A stretch of 64,000 bases of DNA from contig JAFGGO010000114.1 in the NCBI GenBank assembly GCA_016930515.1, positions 57,289-121,288 on the forward strand, given 5' to 3'. Below, piece after piece: positions 57,701-64,000 of this stretch (the stretch's first letter is position 1; every line of letters begins with the position of its first letter). The position numbers and the translations under genes were made by a program. The notes beneath the pieces were generated by a model that saw nothing but the letters and a program-made list of their open reading frames with translations, was not told where the DNA came from and did no database searches. Origin of the DNA: Promethearchaeota archaeon. Lineage in GTDB: Archaea; Asgardarchaeota; Lokiarchaeia; Sigyniarchaeales; SOKP01.

Positions 57701-59641
57701 GTTCCAAATCATAGCAAACTCATAATTTCCCCCGAAAAGCCGATCTGTGGGGGGGCAATGCATTCCCTGGGTTTTTTCCCAAAAGGATACTTGTGCAAAC
57801 CATATAATATGGGATACTATATTATACAAGCTCTTGCGGATCGATACGGATTTGATCAATTTCAAACACCATGGAAAGACTTAACAAACCGAGCTAAGAA
57901 CGCTTTCTTGCATGGAGATGAGGAACCGTTGAAAGTGCAATTTGAAAACAAGAAGGGCCAAAAATCGGAGAAAATAATAAAATATATGGGTTTTTATAAA
58001 CAATGGCTAAGAGATTGGGATGTAGGAGGAACATATACGGATACGATCCCGTGTGAAAAATGTCTTGGGACAAAACTTCGACCGCAGTATTTAGAAATTT
58101 CGTTTCTTAATCACAATATACACCAAATGTGCGAACTTACCTTAAGTAATTTGTACGAACTCTTAAAAAATCACGCCATAAATGACTTCAAACACGATTT
58201 TGTGAAAAACAGTTATAAAATTATACTTAGAAAATTAGAGTTTTTAAACAGAACGGGACTTGGTTATATTAATTTAAACAGAGTTGCGGAAAGCTTATCT
58301 GCCGGCGAAGCGCAGCGCGTGAAATTGGCAAGCCTCTTGGGAAGCGAGCTTTCCGCTCTCACGATAATAGTCGACGAACCCACGAGAGGATTACATCCAA
58401 CCGAGCTTCAAGCATTGATTAAGGCCTTGTTAGACATACGGGACAAGGGGAATACAATCATTGCCATCGAGCATGATTTTTCGTTTATCAAAAGCGCAGA
58501 TCACATTATAGAAATGGGACCAGGAGGAGGGGCAAAGGGTGGCTATATCGTTGCAATAGGGGCACCCTCAGAAATATCTAAGAAAAAAACTGCCACTTCT
58601 GATTGGTTAAGTGGTAAAAAAAGCTTTAATATTAATAAAACGCGTCGAAAACCAGAACGATGGTTGAAGATTTACGGAGCAAGAGCTAATAATTTAAAAG
58701 GAGACCTCGTTGAAATACCACTCGGTCTTATTACCGGAGTATGTGGCATATCAGGTTCAGGCAAAAGCACTTTATTAATTGATACACTAGCAAGGGCACT
58801 TGTACCAATAACACACACTACATCCGTTTCTCGAGAACCCACCAAACCAGGAGTACACGAAAAAATAGAGGGTTCTTTGGCGAATACCATTGTTGTTGAT
58901 CAAAATAAGGCCAAATTGGGAAATCCAATTAAATTTCTGGATTTGGAACGGTATATTTTAAAGATCTTTGCCAATACGGAAGACGCAAAATTATTAGGTT
59001 TGGGTATTAAGGAACTCGCCCAAAAATGTTCATCATGTAAAGGACGAGGTTATTTAAAGACTGATTTAAGCTTTTTACCAGCAATGATAGAAGAATGCGA
59101 AACTTGTAAAGGATCTGGTTATTTGGCCGAAATTTCACAAATTCGCTATGAGGGATATTCATTGCCAGAAGTGAATAATTTTACATTTAACGAGGCTTAT
59201 ATTTTATTCCAAGGACACGACAACATAACTTCGAGATTAAAAATCGTTTTAGATGTTCAACTGGGATATTTAAAATTAAATCAACCTGGTAGGACGCTCT
59301 CGGGAGGCGAGGCTCAAAGGCTCAAGATAGTAAGAGAACTCGCAAAGAATTCGAATAAAAAAACATTATATATTCTTGACGAACCAACAATAGGGCAACA
59401 TCTTGATGAAGTGTCTTCTTTAACTAAAATTCTTCAAAATCTGGTCAATAAAGGACACACGGTTATCGTTATCGAGCACCATCCTCACCTTTTGGCTTGT
59501 TGTGATTGGTTAATTGAATTAGGTCCAGGTGCTGGCCCCAATGGTGGTCACATTATTGCAAAAGGGACTCCCGAGACCATTGCCCAGGGGCCAACGCCAA
59601 CGGCGAAATATATTAGAGAGGTGTTAGAGGAAAAAAAATGA
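54773..59641 (+). CDS. Tandem (double) UvrA-like protein with four ABC ATPase domains
   Basis: Four G[VI]SGSGK[ST] Walker A motifs, signatures LSRGE, LSGGE, LSAGE and LSGGE, four DEP Walker B motifs, four EH H-loops and multiple CxxC pairs. Confidence 0.9.
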   Translation: MVIKIKGAREHNLKNINIDIEDGLTVVTGVSGSGKTSLIFDTLYKEAHRRFLEAFSVNKDEMKLNPAKVNSISGMGTTIALGQNLLNRNPNSTLASATGLIPLFKILFSRFGTRKCHKCGSLISVLKEEEIVSRIEDLKNDEKLQISAILMKKAKGSHRTLLALLEKEFGSEAVIIDSHPLVMDLDPNKAHDIQVIIGNIDNTTQIVEIRALVRMALMMGSRALEIKGDNTLLVISLIQSCVECGTWFDKLEPYYFNKNCPHCKGKGCNECNNSGYHPFVQGTTWKGFLFQDILKISVGELSFLFSKEFSANSRLLKEIENRVNMLKSVGLDYLTLDRITPTLSRGESQRVRLAMALRSNLYDVTHILDEPTIGQHPTDISRLMSMISNLPGRIIYIEHDRQAAIHADNAIDMGPGAGYKGGEVVFAGKIEDLWKANTPTGKYFSLREHVLCPKKRDPPVQFMTIKSAYKHNLKNIDVRIPINRLTVITGVSGSGKSTLIKEVLYNSLKNRKPSGCKSIEGPLLKAVLVNQEPIGKNPRSNPATYTKLSDIIRKLYAKESGLKSTYFSFNTPNGACDTCNGMGALEIKMRYLSSVWIECSDCEGKRFSEEVLSEKVKFGEKYYNISEFYDLPISTVLRLLNEETRVTEKELAPARQMLEAMTEIGLHYLSLGQPSPTLSGGEAQRLKLSKYLGKSTIKNQLMILDEPSTGLHPRDLSGLLSVLDKLLKAGATIVVVEHNSDFIRAADWVVDLGPRSGPVGGEVVYEGSYDGLSRVKHSLTASALGEEYFSKPHPSKKGKILPRKLEISIQKASMHNLKNISVNIPKNKFTVVTGVSGSGKSSLIVDTLEAEARRRYLETLSMYERQGSKETNESQVEEIIGLGVTALITPEKLVRGWIYNIRYTIGRVTDIILHLATIFSHEGKQKCPKCGEWMEKKQTYSCNKCDISLPIPKPRHFISSNYSAACLKCHGVGTMQVPNHSKLIISPEKPICGGAMHSLGFFPKGYLCKPYNMGYYIIQALADRYGFDQFQTPWKDLTNRAKNAFLHGDEEPLKVQFENKKGQKSEKIIKYMGFYKQWLRDWDVGGTYTDTIPCEKCLGTKLRPQYLEISFLNHNIHQMCELTLSNLYELLKNHAINDFKHDFVKNSYKIILRKLEFLNRTGLGYINLNRVAESLSAGEAQRVKLASLLGSELSALTIIVDEPTRGLHPTELQALIKALLDIRDKGNTIIAIEHDFSFIKSADHIIEMGPGGGAKGGYIVAIGAPSEISKKKTATSDWLSGKKSFNINKTRRKPERWLKIYGARANNLKGDLVEIPLGLITGVCGISGSGKSTLLIDTLARALVPITHTTSVSREPTKPGVHEKIEGSLANTIVVDQNKAKLGNPIKFLDLERYILKIFANTEDAKLLGLGIKELAQKCSSCKGRGYLKTDLSFLPAMIEECETCKGSGYLAEISQIRYEGYSLPEVNNFTFNEAYILFQGHDNITSRLKIVLDVQLGYLKLNQPGRTLSGGEAQRLKIVRELAKNSNKKTLYILDEPTIGQHLDEVSSLTKILQNLVNKGHTVIVIEHHPHLLACCDWLIELGPGAGPNGGHIIAKGTPETIAQGPTPTAKYIREVLEEKK

Positions 59642-60672
59642 TTTGGATTCCATTACTACTTTCAGATCCCTCTCCTTGCTTGAGAGTGATGGTTCTTAAA
59701 AATTTACTAGATAGAGATGAAAAAGATTCGGAAGTAAAAGAATTATTAAATTTCAGGAACGAAGACCCTTTAATAATTAATCTTTTACAGTTACAAGCGT
59801 CAAATGGTGGCTGGGATACTTTCGGCTCGAAAATAATTTCTTCAGGAGATTCGATTTATACAACATCCTTGGCACTTCAGAGACTAGGATATTTAGGGTT
59901 TGGATCAGAAAATCCTTCTGTTCAAAAAGCAGCAGAATTTCTGTTCTCAAATCAGCAAAAAGATGGATCTTGGCCTATGCCCGGAAAGAAGCAGAGAGAA
60001 GACGAAGAATTAGGGTATCAAAAAATGCCTGTTCAAACTGCCATCCCTTTATTGGGTTTAGTAATGTGCGGCTACGCAAAAGATAAGCGAGCTGAAAAAG
60101 CGTTCAATTGGCTAAACGAGTTGCGCTTAGAAGACGGTGCCTGGCCCGTGGGTATTTCAGCTGGAAATTACGGCGGTATTGCGGGCTACAGAAGAATCTC
60201 ACATTCGCGTTGGGGATGTCGTTCAAATACTTTAGCTGTTTTGAGTTGTTTGGCTTATCATCCTCAAAAACGAAAAAGTAATATCGCCAGGCAAGCGCTC
60301 GACTTGTTATTGGGAACAGATATGAAGCAACGATCAAGCCTAGGGTTTTTCGTGGCACGGATTCTTGGACTAGAAAGGTCGATTGGACGAATTACTTTCA
60401 TGGCTCGATTTGATATTGCCCATTTATTGAATTTATGCTGGAGGATCGGAGCAAGTATTGACGACGAAAGAGTATCTGAATTTGTAGAATTCATTAAAGG
60501 CGAACAAGGGCCTTTTGGAATGTGGGATTACTCTTCCCAACCTAAAGCAACGCGGTGGATCACTTACGATTTGTTAAATTCGTTAAAACAAATTGATATT
60601 AACAAGGAGTGGTTTAGTCTTGAACCGAGAACACCCTTTCAATCTTATGATACGAGAAAAAGGATTTATTAG
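59638..60672 (+). CDS. Prenyltransferase/squalene-cyclase-like alpha/alpha toroid (QW-repeat) protein
   Basis: QASNGGW, QQKDGSW, RLEDGAW and QGPFGMW repeats; ATGA overlap with the upstream gene. Confidence 0.7.
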   Translation: MIWIPLLLSDPSPCLRVMVLKNLLDRDEKDSEVKELLNFRNEDPLIINLLQLQASNGGWDTFGSKIISSGDSIYTTSLALQRLGYLGFGSENPSVQKAAEFLFSNQQKDGSWPMPGKKQREDEELGYQKMPVQTAIPLLGLVMCGYAKDKRAEKAFNWLNELRLEDGAWPVGISAGNYGGIAGYRRISHSRWGCRSNTLAVLSCLAYHPQKRKSNIARQALDLLLGTDMKQRSSLGFFVARILGLERSIGRITFMARFDIAHLLNLCWRIGASIDDERVSEFVEFIKGEQGPFGMWDYSSQPKATRWITYDLLNSLKQIDINKEWFSLEPRTPFQSYDTRKRIY

Positions 60673-60715
60673 ATAGATTCGTCAATGCTAAAAAAATCCT
60701 ATAAATTCAAAAAAG

Positions 60716-61903
60716 TTAATTTCGCATCTCAATAAATTTTCCTGAAGTCATTAACCTACACGGTTTGAAGTAATTGATATCATTTTCAATGGAAAAATCA
60801 CTTAATAACTCAGACCATTTTTCATAGTTATGTTTTCCAGGAATGAAGGGCCCTTGGGTACCAACACCGATTTTCATTACATTTTCAATAATGGAATAAT
60901 TCAGAACAATTTTTTCCTCTAATAATTTACATCCCTCGTTCAATTGGATAGCTAGCATCAATTCAGGATCTAATAATCCAGATTTTTTTGTCTTGTCTAT
61001 CAACGGTTTTCCGTTTTCTCGATATTCATAAAACCCTCTCCCTGTTTTTTTTCCATAATATCCTTTAGACACTAAATAAGTTAGTAATTTTCTGGGAGTA
61101 AAATCAACTGAGACTCTTTTCTCAAAACTTTTCAATGATTTATACGCAGTGTCTAATCCTAAATAGTCGCATAATTCAAATGGTCCGACATTCGTGATAT
61201 CTCGCGTATCAGCGTCTAATTGTTCGATTGGAATTCCCTTTTCTACCGCTTTATCAGCTATTAATGTAAAATATAAGGTTCCTGGTATTAACAGGCGATT
61301 TGCTATGAAACCAGGTGTATCCTTTTCAAGTGGAGCAACATACATCGAACCTTTTTGAGCGGGTATAGTCCTGCAAAAATTCAATATCTTATGAAATGCT
61401 TCATCACTAGTTTTTTTTCCTTTCATTATTTCGATACAACTTCGAGTAAAAGGAGGTAAAAAATAATGCGTACCAATAGTGTTTTCTGGTTTTCCAGAGG
61501 CTTCTCCTAACTCAGTTATTGTAAATGTAGAAGTATTAGAGGCAATTATAGTTTCCTTAGAGATCCGATCCCCAATATTTCTAAGAAGGTTTGTTTTTAG
61601 TTCAATATCTTCAGGAATCGCCTCAGTTATCAAATCTGATTCAAAAATAGGATCCTTCAATTGTTCGGATAAAATTAATTTATTAAAAATTCGTTTTGCC
61701 TCTCCATTTTGACGGAAAAAATTATTTGTTGCTAATTTTTCAATATAAGTTTTTAGTCTTTCTTTGGCATTTAATAAAGCTTTTTTTGATATATCTACAA
61801 GATATACATTATCTACTTTAGAGAGCATGAATACTTGAGCGATTCCAATGCCCATTGGCCCCGCACCAATAACCGAAATATTTTTGAAGTAATTATCTGT
61901 CAT
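60716..61903 (-). CDS. 3-hydroxyacyl-CoA dehydrogenase
   Basis: GAGPMGIGIA, EAIPE, ASNTS, GTHYF, PGFIANR, GPFELCDYLGLD and GKKTGRGFY. Confidence 0.92.
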   Translation of the reverse strand: MTDNYFKNISVIGAGPMGIGIAQVFMLSKVDNVYLVDISKKALLNAKERLKTYIEKLATNNFFRQNGEAKRIFNKLILSEQLKDPIFESDLITEAIPEDIELKTNLLRNIGDRISKETIIASNTSTFTITELGEASGKPENTIGTHYFLPPFTRSCIEIMKGKKTSDEAFHKILNFCRTIPAQKGSMYVAPLEKDTPGFIANRLLIPGTLYFTLIADKAVEKGIPIEQLDADTRDITNVGPFELCDYLGLDTAYKSLKSFEKRVSVDFTPRKLLTYLVSKGYYGKKTGRGFYEYRENGKPLIDKTKKSGLLDPELMLAIQLNEGCKLLEEKIVLNYSIIENVMKIGVGTQGPFIPGKHNYEKWSELLSDFSIENDINYFKPCRLMTSGKFIEMRN

Positions 61904-62078
61904 TGTAGTCCCTCATTCTATTCAAAAGTTATTCAATAATAGTTTTATATTTTAAAGAAATATTCTGTTTTAATTATTTTTCATTTCTCAGAGAATATTA
62001 AGGTTAAAATGAAGAGAGATAAATAAAAATATTTTTATTTAAGGAGTCAAATTGACAAAAAGAACAAAGCAATACAGC

Positions 62079-63983
62079 TTATTTTGGATCCTTGACTAAA
62101 TCCTTAATCTTATCGATTGTTGTAGGATCTTCTATCGTGCTTAAGTCTCCAGGATCTCTTCCTTCTGCCACGCTTTTAATAGCTCTTCTGATAATTTTTC
62201 CTGATCTCGTTTTTGGAAGCGCTTGTAGAAAATAGATTTCTTTCGGAGAGGCCACAGGTCCTATCTTATCGCGAATGAGTTGCTTGATCTCATTTTTAAG
62301 CAACTCTGAACCTTCAAACCCCTCCTTCAATACAATCATGACAATGGGTACCTCGCCTTTAATCTCGTCTTCAATACCAATACAGCTCACTTCTGCGACT
62401 TTTGGGTGAGAAGAAATCATTGCTTCCATCTCTCCTGTACCTAATCGATGTCCAGCAACTTTCATCACCTCGTCAGCTCTTCCTAACACAAAGAAATATC
62501 CATCTTCGTCTTCAATAGCGTAATCACCTGTTGAAAAGTAGTTTTTGCCGGGAAATGCTTGATAATAGGATTCTATATAACGTTCGTCGTCCTTGTATAA
62601 TGTAAGTAATACTCCTGGTGGAGTTGGTGGTTTTGCAACTAAATATCCCTTTATTCCTTTTTGGACTTCAATCCCGTCTGAATCCACGATAAGCAGATTC
62701 CACCCCCAAGCAGGCTTTGTAGGACTTCCAGGTTTTATTCTCAAGGGGGCCACTCCAAAAGGATTAGCAATAATTGGCCATCCCGTTTCTGTTTGCCAAT
62801 AATTATCTAATATGGCAATTTTTTGACCCAAAACATTTTGCATCCATTGGTAAGTGGGTTTATCCAAAGGTTCGCCTGCCAAATAGATGGCGCGAAGGGA
62901 ACTCAAATCGGATTCTTTAATGTATTTATCATCAAATTTTCGCAGGATCCTGAACGCCGTAGGAGCAGAAAAAACGGTATTAACCTTGTATCTTTCAATT
63001 ATCTTGAACCAAGCGCTTGGATCTGGGTAAACAGGAGTACCTTCGTAAATAATAGAAGTGCATCCCTTAAATAAGGGAGCATATATGATGTAGGAATGTC
63101 CAACCACCCACCCTATATCAGAAGTTGCGAAATAAACATCTTGCGTGTCCGTATTATATATGGATTTCATAGAATGATATAATGCGACTAAATGGCCGCC
63201 CGTATCCCGGACAACACCCTTAGGTTTCCCCGTCGTCCCACTTGTATATAATATATAAGAAGGATCCGTGCTTTTCATCTTTTCAGGTTCAACCACGATG
63301 TTATTGGGCTTTTTTTCTATTAAATCGTTCCAGTACATATCTCTTCCTTCCACCATTGTATGTGGGATTAATTGTCGGTTGACGACAATAGCATGAGGGA
63401 CGCTGTATTTTGTTGTTTTAAGAGCCTCATCCACGATTGTTTTCAAGTCAACAGTTTTTCCTCCTCTCAAGCCACCATCCGCGCATATCAAGACTTTCGG
63501 TTCAGAATCGTCGATTCTAACAGCCAAAGAGTTGACTGAGAATCCGGCGAATACAACAGAGTGGATGGCACCGATCCTCGCACAAGCTAGCATTGCGATC
63601 GCCGCTTCAAGCACCATGGGAAGATAAATAACGATTCGATCCCCTTTTACGACACCAAGATCTTTTAATACAGAGGCGCATTTATTTACCATGACTAAAA
63701 GATTTTCATATGAAAGAATCTCCTCGTCGCCCGATTCCGAATACCAAATATAGGCAGGTTTTTCTGGAAATTTTTGAGCCCATCTATCTACGGCATTGTA
63801 ACAAGTATTTGTCACTCCTCCGAGAAACCATTTATAAAAAGGAGCATTTGAATCGTCTAATACTTGATCCCATTTTTTATACCAATGGATAGATTCGGCA
63901 ATATCGCCCCAAAATCTTTCAGGATCATTTAATGATAACACATATTGCTTTTCATATTGCTTCAAATTCTCTTCATAACTCAT
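62079..63983 (-). CDS. acs: Acetate/propionate--CoA ligase (AMP-forming)
   Basis: YTSGTTGKPKG, DIGWVVGHSY, DNYWQTETG, GRADE and PKTRSGKIIRR. ATG start at 63983. Confidence 0.9.
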   Translation of the reverse strand: MSYEENLKQYEKQYVLSLNDPERFWGDIAESIHWYKKWDQVLDDSNAPFYKWFLGGVTNTCYNAVDRWAQKFPEKPAYIWYSESGDEEILSYENLLVMVNKCASVLKDLGVVKGDRIVIYLPMVLEAAIAMLACARIGAIHSVVFAGFSVNSLAVRIDDSEPKVLICADGGLRGGKTVDLKTIVDEALKTTKYSVPHAIVVNRQLIPHTMVEGRDMYWNDLIEKKPNNIVVEPEKMKSTDPSYILYTSGTTGKPKGVVRDTGGHLVALYHSMKSIYNTDTQDVYFATSDIGWVVGHSYIIYAPLFKGCTSIIYEGTPVYPDPSAWFKIIERYKVNTVFSAPTAFRILRKFDDKYIKESDLSSLRAIYLAGEPLDKPTYQWMQNVLGQKIAILDNYWQTETGWPIIANPFGVAPLRIKPGSPTKPAWGWNLLIVDSDGIEVQKGIKGYLVAKPPTPPGVLLTLYKDDERYIESYYQAFPGKNYFSTGDYAIEDEDGYFFVLGRADEVMKVAGHRLGTGEMEAMISSHPKVAEVSCIGIEDEIKGEVPIVMIVLKEGFEGSELLKNEIKQLIRDKIGPVASPKEIYFLQALPKTRSGKIIRRAIKSVAEGRDPGDLSTIEDPTTIDKIKDLVKDPK

Positions 63984-64000
63984 TATAATACCCAAAAATC

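Noticed and set aside
52246-59641. Labelling the UvrA-like genes as canonical uvrA of uvrABC
   Set aside because: No uvrB/uvrC nearby, atypical domain content and PadR-operon context, so the gene symbol was withheld.
59638-60672. Squalene-hopene cyclase
   Set aside because: About half the expected length and lacks DxDD.
144-63892. Numerous 60-140 aa ORFs overlapping long genes on the opposite strand or in another frame
   Set aside because: Shadow ORFs of well-supported genes, with no motifs or RBS support.
1-64000. CRISPR array, transposase or integrase
   Set aside because: No repeat-spacer periodicity and no DDE, HUH or tyrosine/serine recombinase motifs were seen. The LRR periodicity is coding.

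Overview
AT-rich (roughly one-third GC by eye), gene-dense archaeal chromosomal segment, most likely from an Asgard archaeon of the Lokiarchaeia. This is inferred from Loki-type LRR proteins with the 'LKLE...EFWxHxSNLQAW...AFPLLK' domain, a PolB1-like polymerase, tetraether lipid synthase, GGTG ribosome-binding sites and an intron-containing archaeal tRNA. From left to right: a truncated TrmB-like regulator; a small membrane-anchored protein with a PIP-box-like tail; a GTPase-like/Zn-ribbon protein; dapL; a coupled gene pair including a 2569-aa almost entirely transmembrane protein with a 121-aa internal repeat; two tandem paralogous LRR genes; an Fe-S protein; an M42 peptidase; a ~12-kb phosphate cluster (NPP/alkaline-phosphatase enzyme with an apparent ATT start, PhoU regulator, three DUF47/PhoU-like proteins, PiT transporter, and a non-Pst ABC importer with an asymmetric ATPase pair); tRNA-Thr(UGU) with a D-stem intron; polB; a polyprenol kinase-like gene and tes; pncB; a SWIM/OB protein; a ~12-kb PadR-controlled operon (2x BtrH/DUF4872 peptidase-like, methyltransferase, UvrA2-like, tandem double UvrA, QW-repeat prenyltransferase-like protein) with no uvrB/uvrC; 3-hydroxyacyl-CoA dehydrogenase; and acyl-CoA synthetase. 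The best candidates for undescribed systems are the PadR-BtrH-UvrA operon, the giant membrane protein pair, the Pho-cluster ABC importer and the membrane-tethered PIP-box protein. All family calls come from motif recognition by eye; no searches were run.
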